The notes under the pieces: model-generated
The model's input: only the letters and a program-made list of their open reading frames with translations
Told to the model about the DNA's origin: nothing
Database searches by the model: none
Sequence record: SRR2962707_3801
Length of the DNA: 64,000 bases
Strand: one strand, 5' to 3'
Translations under genes and position numbers: made by a program
Shown: in pieces, positions 47,717 through 56,505 of the stretch
Numbering within the stretch: the stretch's first letter is position 1
Layout of the letters: each line of letters starts with the position of its first letter

Positions 47717-48757
47717 ATGGGAAAACTCAAGGAAGTTCATATTCGCTGGATAGGCATTTTTTTGGTGGCCATACTCGCCACTTTAAATGATGGCGATGAT
47801 CATATGGCCGATGAACCACTTTGGTTCCACTATTTCGTTTCATTGTGCTTTACAGCAGTCTATTGGAATGGTGCCTGGGCAATTATTCATTTTTTCAGGA
47901 GAAAATTCCCTGAAATCAGTAAAACAAAGAGACGAATATCACTCACAGGCCTGAGTGTAATTATTTGGATGTCGATCGGAGGGATTCCACTGAAACTGAT
48001 TTTTGATGTTGTTTCATGGAAGGAGGTAATGACTCTGGAAGAGCACCTGAAATATCTGCCATTTAATCTTGTTATTGCTACGGTAGTCTCCCTTTCATAT
48101 GAGGCCTTCTACTTCTTCGAAAAGTGGAAGGAGCAGTTTCGTCTATATGAACAACTAAAAAATCAGCAAATTCGAACGCAATACGAAGTATTACAGAATC
48201 AGATGAGTCCACACTTTCTTTTTAATAGTCTCAATACACTGACTTCTATTATTCCGGAAGATGCAAATGCAGCGGTGGCCTTTACAGAAAAATTATCGGA
48301 AGTCTATCGATATATCCTTCAAAACAAAGATCGGGAGCTGGTTAGCTTGAAAGAGGAATTGGATTTCGTGGAATCGTATCTTTTTTTGCTACGCATGAGG
48401 TATCCAAACAACCTGAGCTTTCAATTCAATATCGATAGAAAGTATCTTGAATTGACCATTCCTCCATTAACGCTCCAGATGTTGGTAGAAAATGCTATCA
48501 AGCACAATGTGGTATCAAAAGCAAAACCGCTACATATCGATATTTACATTGAAAACGGCAAGTCAGTGATTGTGAAAAACAACCTGCAACTGAAGGGAAC
48601 ATTGGAAAAATCGACTAAGACCGGACTTGAGAATATCAGTAAGCGTTACAGCATTTTAGGTAATCGCAAGATCGATGTGATCACCAGTGCAAATAACTAT
48701 ATGGTGGCGGTACCTTTAATTGATCTTCTGGAAGAAAAAGATTTGCATCTCGTATGA
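47717..48757 (+). CDS. LytS-family sensor histidine kinase (pair 1)
   Basis: About 4 TMs, H-box 'QMSPHFLFNSLN', 'LVENAIKHN', 'TGLENI'; ATG 47717 preferred. Confidence 0.9.
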   Translation: MGKLKEVHIRWIGIFLVAILATLNDGDDHMADEPLWFHYFVSLCFTAVYWNGAWAIIHFFRRKFPEISKTKRRISLTGLSVIIWMSIGGIPLKLIFDVVSWKEVMTLEEHLKYLPFNLVIATVVSLSYEAFYFFEKWKEQFRLYEQLKNQQIRTQYEVLQNQMSPHFLFNSLNTLTSIIPEDANAAVAFTEKLSEVYRYILQNKDRELVSLKEELDFVESYLFLLRMRYPNNLSFQFNIDRKYLELTIPPLTLQMLVENAIKHNVVSKAKPLHIDIYIENGKSVIVKNNLQLKGTLEKSTKTGLENISKRYSILGNRKIDVITSANNYMVAVPLIDLLEEKDLHLV

Positions 48758-49515
48758 GGGTTCTGATCATAGAAGACGAAGCGCCGGCATTTCGCCGACT
48801 GGAGAAAATCCTCCTTGAAATAGATTCTACCATTGAAATTGTTGAAGTTCTGGATACTGTTGAGGATACGGTAAAATGGCTTAAAAATCATGACCATCCC
48901 GATTTGGCACTGATGGATATACAAATCAGCGACGGGATCAGTTTTCAGATCTTTGATGAAACAGAGATCTCATTTCCCGTGATTTTTACCACGGCTTTTG
49001 ATGAGTATTTGCTAAAGGCATTTAAAGTCAATAGCATAGATTATCTGCTAAAGCCAATAAAAAAGGAAGACCTTGAAAAGTCCTTAATGAAGTATAAAAA
49101 TCTACAAAGCAGTTTTAGTCAGAATGGTCTGGATATGGCTGAATTGCTGAGCCAAATCAACCTTACTGAAACGAAGTATAAGTCTCGTTTTTTGGTCAAA
49201 CAAGGGGATAAGATGATGGCTATTCGATCCGAGGATATTGTGTGTTTTTATACCAAACATGGAGTAGTGCATATCTTCACGAAGAATGAAAAATCATATT
49301 TATCAGATTTTACACTAGATGAGTTAACACAGCAACTAGACCCTCTAAATTTCTGTAGGGCCAATCGACAATTCGTTCTAAATGCCAATTACATTACCTC
49401 AGTTCATAAGTATTTTAAGGGGAAACTTTTGGTAGAGCTTGAGTTTTTTGATGAGGAGCAAATAATTGTGAGCAGCGAAAAGGCCACAACTTTTAAGCAG
49501 TGGTTGGATCAGTAA
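48754..49515 (+). CDS. LytTR-family response regulator (pair 1)
   Basis: 'IIEDE', 'MDIQISDG', 'FTTAFDEY', 'YLLKP', 'FCRANRQF'. Confidence 0.93.
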   Translation: MRVLIIEDEAPAFRRLEKILLEIDSTIEIVEVLDTVEDTVKWLKNHDHPDLALMDIQISDGISFQIFDETEISFPVIFTTAFDEYLLKAFKVNSIDYLLKPIKKEDLEKSLMKYKNLQSSFSQNGLDMAELLSQINLTETKYKSRFLVKQGDKMMAIRSEDIVCFYTKHGVVHIFTKNEKSYLSDFTLDELTQQLDPLNFCRANRQFVLNANYITSVHKYFKGKLLVELEFFDEEQIIVSSEKATTFKQWLDQ

Positions 49516-49871
49516 TTCGGTTTGGGTTTTTTCTTTTTTCTGCCTGTTAAGAAACGAAAAGCATCAACCATTTTATAAGTTCCTATGACACCTGTAACGC
49601 CACCTGCCACAAGCAAAGCCTGACCGACTTCATCATTTTCTCTCCCGAGCATGAGACCTCCTGCAATAGTTGTGGTATATCCAAGCGTGGCTATGAGTAT
49701 TCCGCCTTGAAATTTCCTTTGCGATTGTTCCAGGTTTAGGTTGATTTCATTTACATCTTCTTCCAACATCATGATTCTACTTTTCAATGAATCATAGGAT
49801 GAAGGCGTTTGTGCAAAAAGAGTAATGGAGGTAGTGAGGATTAAAAAGCTAACTGTTATGCGACGAACCAT
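49509..49871 (-). CDS. Hypothetical protein (signal peptide, coiled coil, Gly-rich TM pair)
   Basis: ORF coupled to the upstream LytTR gene; plausible topology. Confidence 0.6.
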   Translation of the reverse strand: MVRRITVSFLILTTSITLFAQTPSSYDSLKSRIMMLEEDVNEINLNLEQSQRKFQGGILIATLGYTTTIAGGLMLGRENDEVGQALLVAGGVTGVIGTYKMVDAFRFLTGRKKKKPKPNY

Positions 49872-50602
49872 TCTTTGAAAATATTGACTTTTTCTCTACT
49901 TAGTACCAATTCCTCTGAACTTGGGATAGCCAATGATAACGATAATCGTTGATTTTTGTAAGGCCTCATCGCTTTAACAGCTTCCTTATTCACGATGTGT
50001 CTCCTATTGATTCTGAAAAATGATTGATGAGAAAGTAGTTCCTTTTCCAGCTGTTCTAATGTGAAATCTGTGACATAAACTTTCCCTTCATTTAGGTCTG
50101 CGGCATGCACCACTTTGTTCCGGGTATAAAACATTGCCAACTCAGATTCTTTTTTTGGTACTAGTCCCTGTCCGGACCTAAGCAGGAATCTTCTGGTTTT
50201 CTTAGGCCCAAATCGATCGAGTATGTTTTTCAGGTTTTGATCAGGTCTGTTTTTTTCAAACTTTGAAAGTGCCTTTGCTAAATCTTCGCCGTTTATCGGT
50301 TTTAACAGATAGTGTTGACTATTCAAATCGAATGCCTCTAACGAATATTGATCATATGCGGTAGTGAATATGATAGGTATTTCACATTTTATTTTGTTGA
50401 AAATCTCGAAACTGTTTCCATCAGCGAGGTGGATATCACAAAAAATGAGATCTAGATTATTTTGATTTGCAGATAGATATTGAATACTATCTCTTACTGT
50501 ATCAAGCGAGCATAAAACCTCGTAATTCGGATGATTGCTAGAGATCAATCGCTTTAATCGATCTGCTGCTAGCTTTTCATCCTCTATTATTATGGCTTTC
50601 AT
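49856..50602 (-). CDS. LytTR-family response regulator (pair 2)
   Basis: 'MKAIIIEDE', 'CDIHLADG', 'FTTAYDQY', 'FFRINRRH'. Confidence 0.92.
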   Translation of the reverse strand: MKAIIIEDEKLAADRLKRLISSNHPNYEVLCSLDTVRDSIQYLSANQNNLDLIFCDIHLADGNSFEIFNKIKCEIPIIFTTAYDQYSLEAFDLNSQHYLLKPINGEDLAKALSKFEKNRPDQNLKNILDRFGPKKTRRFLLRSGQGLVPKKESELAMFYTRNKVVHAADLNEGKVYVTDFTLEQLEKELLSHQSFFRINRRHIVNKEAVKAMRPYKNQRLSLSLAIPSSEELVLSREKVNIFKEWFVA

Positions 50603-51602
50603 GAGTGTTGGTTTCAATTATCGGCAGCCTTACAATAAACCTATCAGGTTTATTTACGATTTCAGGTCTTCTGGAGGTGATTAGCACATACCTATTGGTA
50701 ATGTTATCAAGTCCAATTCCTGAACGTTTAGGTTTATCTGTCCTGGCTTTCGTATTGTTCTCAACAACCAATTGATCATTTTGTTGGCAGATTCGAATTT
50801 TTAGTGTGTGGGCATTAGAGATTTCATTATGCTTAATGGCATTCTCAATTAAGAGTTGGAGGGTAGAAGGAGGGATTCTTTGTTTTCTTTGAGGGAGATC
50901 TATTTCTACATCCAGATTTTCATTAAACCGAAGTTTCAAAAGAAAGAGGTATGAATTAATAAATGAGAGTTCTTCATCTAAAGGCACAAGGTTCTCGCGC
51001 TCCGTTTTTAGTAAATAACGATAGACTTTTGATAGTTCGTTTACATATTTTACTGCTGCCTCGCTATCCTCTTCTATTACAGAAGTGAGAATGTTTAGAC
51101 TGTTAAAAAGGAAATGTGGGTTGACTTGATTTTTTAGTGTTTCAAGACTGGCTTCAGTGGTTTGCTTTTTTAATTGCTCAGCCTCTAAACGTGAGTTACT
51201 GAGCGCTCGGTTGTATTGAAAAATAGCATTGATGCAATGTAGAAATAAGTTTATTCTGAATGCAAATCCCAATGTCTGCTTATAACCTGGCAATAAAAGA
51301 TTCTGATTTGTTGTGTGTCCCACTGCGTATGATACAATGAGAGATAGCATGATCACTGCGACTATGCTCACAAGAAAGCGATAAATCAGCTTCGGCGCTA
51401 GCTTCTCTATTTTTGTCCAGCCATTTTCGAACAAATGATTGCATTCCCACACAGCAATCGTTAGTGACATAATCACTAAAAACAAAGTAACATCACTCAG
51501 GTTGGTGGATATGGCTTTATCTCCTTCGGTAAACTTTATGTTTAAGAAAGAATAAACTCCTAAAAGAGTGATATAGATATACCTGTATTTAGTGGAGAAC
51601 AT
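50577..51602 (-). CDS. LytS-family sensor histidine kinase (pair 2)
   Basis: 'QVNPHFLFNSLN', 'LIENAIKHN', 'GIGLDNI'; ATG 51602 preferred. Confidence 0.9.
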   Translation of the reverse strand: MFSTKYRYIYITLLGVYSFLNIKFTEGDKAISTNLSDVTLFLVIMSLTIAVWECNHLFENGWTKIEKLAPKLIYRFLVSIVAVIMLSLIVSYAVGHTTNQNLLLPGYKQTLGFAFRINLFLHCINAIFQYNRALSNSRLEAEQLKKQTTEASLETLKNQVNPHFLFNSLNILTSVIEEDSEAAVKYVNELSKVYRYLLKTERENLVPLDEELSFINSYLFLLKLRFNENLDVEIDLPQRKQRIPPSTLQLLIENAIKHNEISNAHTLKIRICQQNDQLVVENNTKARTDKPKRSGIGLDNITNRYVLITSRRPEIVNKPDRFIVRLPIIETNTHESHNNRG

Positions 51603-51619
51603 CTTTAAGTGAATAATAT

Positions 51620-51649
51620 AAGCCCTGTTCAATGGAAGGAACAGGGCTT
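51620..51649. terminator. Hairpin between the fasciclin gene and kinase 2
   Basis: AAGCCCTGTTC-N8-GAACAGGGCTT perfect 11-bp stem; weak U-tract on the transcribed (-) strand. Confidence 0.6.
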
Positions 51650-51669
51650 TTTATCTGAATAAAATTACT

Positions 51670-53145
51670 CTATGGTAGAATAACCTGATCTATGGTATGA
51701 ATTACTCCATTTGTTGCCAAGATATCAGTTCCTACAATAGCAGCATTAGAGGTTCCGAGAGAAAGAGCGCCATCTGTATCAGTAATTGTTAGGTCACTAT
51801 TTAGCTTCCATGAACCACCTGCTACTGCAGTGATTTCCGCTGAGCTATTTCCATCAAGAATATTTGGGATGTCAGTGGAGAACACTCTACCTGAGTAAAC
51901 ATGATACTGTAAGACAGTCGCAATAACATCAAGTCCACCAGCAGCAGCCACAAGGTCCGTGATATCGTTATCACCATCATCATCACTATCAGGTACTTTG
52001 TCATATAGTGCCTGAAATGCCGCATCTGTTGGTGCAAACACCGTGAATGGTCCGTCACCCTTCAGCACAGTGATTAAATCAGCGGCCATTTCGTCATTTT
52101 CAACTGCTGTAAGTGCCGCAACCAGTTGACCAAATTCAGCGTCTGAAGCTTGAGAAGCAGCTACCGCTATTTCTACAATATCTTCATCAGCAGGAATTAG
52201 TGTACGATCGATCACGTGAACAACACCATTGTCTTGATCAATATCAGTTAGTACTATCTCAGTTAAGCCATTAATAAATACTCCATTACTATTGATACTA
52301 AGGTAAAAATCACCATTCAGGGTTGTTACTGCGCTACCGGTTGCTGGTAAATCCGCTTGTTTTACCTCTGAATCCAAAACATGATACTGTAAGATTGGTG
52401 TCAAGTCGTTAGCAGTTAATCCGTCGAGTGAAGTAATTCCTGCTGCTTCAAACGCGTCGTTGGTTGGCGCAAACACAGTAAAATTAGCATCTGTGTCAAT
52501 GAGTGTATTTAGCAAACCAGCTGTCACTACAGCTTCCGTAAGAATGGTAAAGTCCTTGTTAAAATAGGCAGGCTCTACTACGGTATTTAAAATACTTGAT
52601 TCCAATGACGGAACAAGTATGCCGTCAATGATATGCACGATACCATTCGATGCATCTACATCAGCAGTTGCAACAGCTACGCTGTTTATGGTGACGTTAG
52701 CACCATCCACTCCTACAGTGACGTCTTCACCTAGTACGGTAGTTGCTGTTGCACCGTCGGTAAGAGAAGATGAAACCAGTTCAGCTCCACTAACAACATG
52801 ATACTCTAATACTCTTCTTAAGACAGCATCGGGAATATCATCCAGACTTGTCTGACCAGTTGCTTCTAGCAAAGCATTGAAAGAAGCATTGGTTGGAGCA
52901 AATACAGTAAATGATCCGTTTTCATCAGAAAGCGTATTCACTAGATCCGGAAATCTGTTGAGAGCAGCTACAAGAGATGATAAATTATCTGTCTCAGCAG
53001 CTATTTCTACAATACTGTCGGCAGATACTTGAGCTCCGTCATCGTCTCCACAACTTGTGACAAATAAGATTAATGTAAATGCAGCTATCCCCAGCACTAG
53101 CTTCAGTCCTTTGAATAGTTTCGGTTCTTGTGTTGAATTTTTCAT
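51670..53145 (-). CDS. Fasciclin (FAS1 x3) lipoprotein
   Basis: Lipobox VTSC; three 'FTVFAPT(N/D)xxF...L.YHV...NG(I/V)(V/I)H.ID' repeats. Confidence 0.92.
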   Translation of the reverse strand: MKNSTQEPKLFKGLKLVLGIAAFTLILFVTSCGDDDGAQVSADSIVEIAAETDNLSSLVAALNRFPDLVNTLSDENGSFTVFAPTNASFNALLEATGQTSLDDIPDAVLRRVLEYHVVSGAELVSSSLTDGATATTVLGEDVTVGVDGANVTINSVAVATADVDASNGIVHIIDGILVPSLESSILNTVVEPAYFNKDFTILTEAVVTAGLLNTLIDTDANFTVFAPTNDAFEAAGITSLDGLTANDLTPILQYHVLDSEVKQADLPATGSAVTTLNGDFYLSINSNGVFINGLTEIVLTDIDQDNGVVHVIDRTLIPADEDIVEIAVAASQASDAEFGQLVAALTAVENDEMAADLITVLKGDGPFTVFAPTDAAFQALYDKVPDSDDDGDNDITDLVAAAGGLDVIATVLQYHVYSGRVFSTDIPNILDGNSSAEITAVAGGSWKLNSDLTITDTDGALSLGTSNAAIVGTDILATNGVIHTIDQVILP

Positions 53146-53210
53146 GTTTTAATTTTTTTGTTGAATCATGATGTAAAACCAATGTATCTACATATGTTCT
53201 AGTGTTTATT

Positions 53211-53260
53211 ACCGAAATAGCTATAGATGAATCCGAACCAGCTAAAAAGTCATCTGAGTT
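53211..53260 (-). promoter_or_regulatory. 21-bp-period repeats upstream of the fasciclin gene (candidate LytTR sites)
   Basis: ACCGAA (53211), TCCGAA (53232), TCTGAG (53253). Confidence 0.5.
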
Positions 53261-53307
53261 GTTTTTGATTTCTTAAATCAATTTGTCTTCACGGCTGTTT
53301 ACTATGT

Positions 53308-53751
53308 ATGAGTCTTACAGTACTATTTATTACACTTTTAATACAAGCATCAATGAATCCAGTAGAAGAACTTAAATGGGAAAAACGTGTGCTCATTTTT
53401 TCGGCAAGTGCTCCAACAAATGTTGGGTTTAAAAGACAGGAACAGCTGTTGGAAAAGGGGAAGCGTGGAATGAAAGAAAGGGACCTGGTGATATATAAGC
53501 TCTATAATGATCATTGGATCGATCCGGAGGGAAAAATGCTTTCTGAAAAACAGGCTTCTGCAATTAGGGAAGCTTATGAAATACCTGAAGGAATTTTCAT
53601 GGTGGTTCTGATCGGGAAAGATGGATCGGTTAAAATGCGGAAGGATGATATTGTTTCTTCGAGGGAAATTTTTGCTATCATTGATAGCATGCCAATGAGA
53701 AAGCGAGAAATAAACAGAAGAAAATCGACTCAGGGTGATGGACAATCCTGA
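53308..53751 (+). CDS. DUF4174 protein
   Basis: 'KWEKRVLI', 'ERDL', 'VLIGKDGSVK', 'IDSMPMRKRE'. Confidence 0.88.
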   Translation: MSLTVLFITLLIQASMNPVEELKWEKRVLIFSASAPTNVGFKRQEQLLEKGKRGMKERDLVIYKLYNDHWIDPEGKMLSEKQASAIREAYEIPEGIFMVVLIGKDGSVKMRKDDIVSSREIFAIIDSMPMRKREINRRKSTQGDGQS

Positions 53752-53754
53752 TAA

Positions 53755-54501
53755 TTATCTGTCCAGCCACTCTTTAAATGCCTTTACCTTCTCTCGACTC
53801 ACAATTACATGGTCATCAAATTCGGGCTTTAGTTTTAGCATTAATCTGTTGTTGAAATAAGAATCAATCGATGTAATATGCTTGTCGCAAATGATCATCT
53901 GTCTATTGATTCGAAAGAAGTCTTCCGGATTTAGAATGGTTTGCAATACATCTAAAGAGTGGTCGGTTATAAGGTTGTCTCCGTTCAGTGTTTTTAAATA
54001 GGAAGTACTTGATTCACTATAAAAATAGGCTATCTCTTCTACGTCGATAGACTGGAATTTATGGCCAATTTTGATTAGAAATTTTTTCTTGAATCCGGTT
54101 TTTAAATGGACTCGAAGTGAATCCACCATGTGATTCATATCACTTCTTCCTTGCACCTTTTTTAGTTTTTCAACAGCAGTAACCAAATCTTCGGGTTTTA
54201 CCGGCTTTAATAAATAATCAACGCTATTATACCTGAAAGCATCCAATACGTATTTGTCGAATGCCGTGGTAAAGATGACTTTCGGAAAGGAGGTCAATTC
54301 ATTAAGAACATCGAATCCGGTACCATCTCCGAGTTGGATATCCAGAAATAAAAGATCTGGTGTTTCGTTTTCTTTCAACCATTGAAGGGCAGATTTCGCA
54401 GAATAAAAAATTCCACCCACACTGATGCTCGTGTGTTCTTTTATTAATTTATCTAATCGATTGGCCGATAGTTCCTCGTCCTCTATGATGATCGCATTCA
54501 T
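53755..54501 (-). CDS. LytTR-family response regulator (pair 3)
   Basis: 'IIEDE', 'LDIQLGDG', 'FTTAFDKY', 'FFRINRQM', 'VSREKV'. Confidence 0.93.
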   Translation of the reverse strand: MNAIIIEDEELSANRLDKLIKEHTSISVGGIFYSAKSALQWLKENETPDLLFLDIQLGDGTGFDVLNELTSFPKVIFTTAFDKYVLDAFRYNSVDYLLKPVKPEDLVTAVEKLKKVQGRSDMNHMVDSLRVHLKTGFKKKFLIKIGHKFQSIDVEEIAYFYSESSTSYLKTLNGDNLITDHSLDVLQTILNPEDFFRINRQMIICDKHITSIDSYFNNRLMLKLKPEFDDHVIVSREKVKAFKEWLDR

Positions 54502-55517
54502 GCCCGTGCAAGTGGTAATCTTACCTGAAAAGTCTGATCATTATCTAAGATTTCCAAAGCTTTACCCGCAGATAAAATCAATCTTTTGGAAAGATTTTTT
54601 AAACCAATCTGGGTGCTGCTGGTAAGGTGCTCTTTCTTCTTCTTTTCATTCTCGACAATAATTGCTTTTTCGCCATCATTTTTCACAATAATCTGAAGAG
54701 GATCGTCAACAGAGAAGGCATTGTGCTTCACAGCATTCTCAATCAGCACCTGTAAGGACATAGGGGGAATTAAAATGTCTTTTGCAGATAAATCCAGATG
54801 TTTGTGCACCACAATAGCTGAGCGATGACGCATGGAGAGTAGAAATAGATAGCTGTCAACAAAGGCCAATTCTTCTTCTAAAGTGACTACTGTTTTTTCA
54901 TCATTTTCCAGAATATAGCGATACATGTCTGAGAGCTTCGAGATGAATTTTATGGCAGCCTTAGAATCTTCTTCTACAAGCGAAGTGAGAACACTGAAGC
55001 TATTAAAAAGAAAATGAGGGTTGACTTGATTTTTCAAACTTTCCAGTTTGGCGGCTGCCAGCTCTTTTTGAATTTGTTCCTTTTCGCGAGCGCTTCTGAT
55101 CGCATTTCTTACATATAAATTAATGATTTCATATGCGATGATTAAAAGCGAAATAACAAAACCCTGGGCGGTATTAATCAGAAAGCTTCCATAATAGTGT
55201 TCCGGGCAACAACTTATATATTCAAGGATGTTGTCATAAATGAATGCAAATAAAAACACTAAAGGCAACACGAGAAGTGTTGCCTTTGTGGAAAGGATAT
55301 ACAATCCTTTATTCGAGTTTATGCTGGTTTTATTGCTTGCTGCATGTATGTAGCGGGCAACTATTTCCCATAGCGCAAGGATTACAATAACGGTATAGGC
55401 CAGTGAGATCCATGTTCCCTGATCCCAGTGGAGCATCTCACTCCTTGAATCGTCTCTTGTTACCTTAAAAAAGAGGAAAACGAAGAGAGCGATGATGAAC
55501 CTAAACCGATATTTCAT
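54498..55517 (-). CDS. LytS-family sensor histidine kinase (pair 3)
   Basis: 'QVNPHFLFNSF', 'LIENAVKHN', 'QIGLKNL'. Confidence 0.9.
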   Translation of the reverse strand: MKYRFRFIIALFVFLFFKVTRDDSRSEMLHWDQGTWISLAYTVIVILALWEIVARYIHAASNKTSINSNKGLYILSTKATLLVLPLVFLFAFIYDNILEYISCCPEHYYGSFLINTAQGFVISLLIIAYEIINLYVRNAIRSAREKEQIQKELAAAKLESLKNQVNPHFLFNSFSVLTSLVEEDSKAAIKFISKLSDMYRYILENDEKTVVTLEEELAFVDSYLFLLSMRHRSAIVVHKHLDLSAKDILIPPMSLQVLIENAVKHNAFSVDDPLQIIVKNDGEKAIIVENEKKKKEHLTSSTQIGLKNLSKRLILSAGKALEILDNDQTFQVRLPLARA

Positions 55518-55526
55518 AAAGCTAAT

Positions 55527-55940
55527 TTACTCTCCATCCTTGGATGCTACAGCCTTTGTAGGTGTAACATTAAAGGAAAGTGTTGTTCCAACCACTTTTT
55601 GAGTGCCAGTGCTTCTGGCTGATACAGTGGTGGAGTATTGTCCTGCATCCACACCTTTAGCAGATACTTTCACAGTATAATGATCTTTGTTATTCTCATC
55701 TTGAGTGATTTCAAATGATAAATTTGAACTTGAAATCAATTTGGGAGTCAAAAAGGTTGCTCTTTTGGCAAATCTTGATCTTATAAGCCAAAGGTCGAAA
55801 GTTGTTTCACCTTCAGCATCTACTGAGATCGTATATTCCTTTGCGTAGATTTTAGCACCTCTTTCAGGTGCTTCAAATTCCTGGGCATTAATAGTTGTAC
55901 CCAATAACAATAAAGAGAAGATAGCAATGTACTTTTTCAT
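55527..55940 (-). CDS. Small secreted beta-rich (Ig-like?) hypothetical protein
   Basis: Signal peptide ending INA-Q; ends 9 nt before kinase 3. Confidence 0.72.
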   Translation of the reverse strand: MKKYIAIFSLLLLGTTINAQEFEAPERGAKIYAKEYTISVDAEGETTFDLWLIRSRFAKRATFLTPKLISSSNLSFEITQDENNKDHYTVKVSAKGVDAGQYSTTVSARSTGTQKVVGTTLSFNVTPTKAVASKDGE

Positions 55941-56017
55941 AATCGTGTGTTTCGTGTGCTTTTCGTGTTTCTTACTTCAAATGACACGAGTATTTCCTTC
56001 TTCTTGCCTATCAAATA

Positions 56018-56069
56018 GGTTGATTTGTTCGATTCTCTATTGAATTGTCATTTCTTCCTATTGAATTGT
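56018..56069 (-). promoter_or_regulatory. Perfect 12-bp direct repeat at 21-bp period (candidate LytTR site)
   Basis: CTATTGAATTGT at 56037-56048 and 56058-56069; degenerate GGTTGATTTGT at 56018-56028. Confidence 0.7.
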
Positions 56070-56169
56070 GGACCATTTTTTTATACAAAACATGAAAAAA
56101 TCAAACCTTTCAATCTTTCCTATCGTATTCATTTTTTATACATTTAGTGAATTAATAAAATTCTAAAGA

Positions 56170-56505
56170 ATGAAAGGAACCAATCTGGGCGAGTTCGAGG
56201 AAATCGTATTATTGACCATTGCCTCGCTAATGTCAGAAGCGTATAGTGTAAATATCGTAGATGAAATAGCCGATATAACGGGAAGAAAAACAAAGCTTGG
56301 TGTAGTGCATGCTGTGCTTAAGCGATTGGAAGACAAAGGACTAATAACTTCTGAGCTAGGAGAGCCTACGAAAGAAAGAGGGGGACGTAGGAAGCGATTT
56401 TTCACAGTTTCACATACTGGCAAGGTAGCGCTGATGAAAGCCAAAGAGCAGCGGGATCAACTTTGGGGTAAAATTCCTGAACTCGTTTTTCAAGGAATCA
56501 AATGA
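56170..56505 (+). CDS. PadR-family transcriptional regulator
   Basis: 'LGEFEEIVLL', 'LKRLEDKG', 'ERGGRRKRFF'. Confidence 0.9.
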   Translation: MKGTNLGEFEEIVLLTIASLMSEAYSVNIVDEIADITGRKTKLGVVHAVLKRLEDKGLITSELGEPTKERGGRRKRFFTVSHTGKVALMKAKEQRDQLWGKIPELVFQGIK

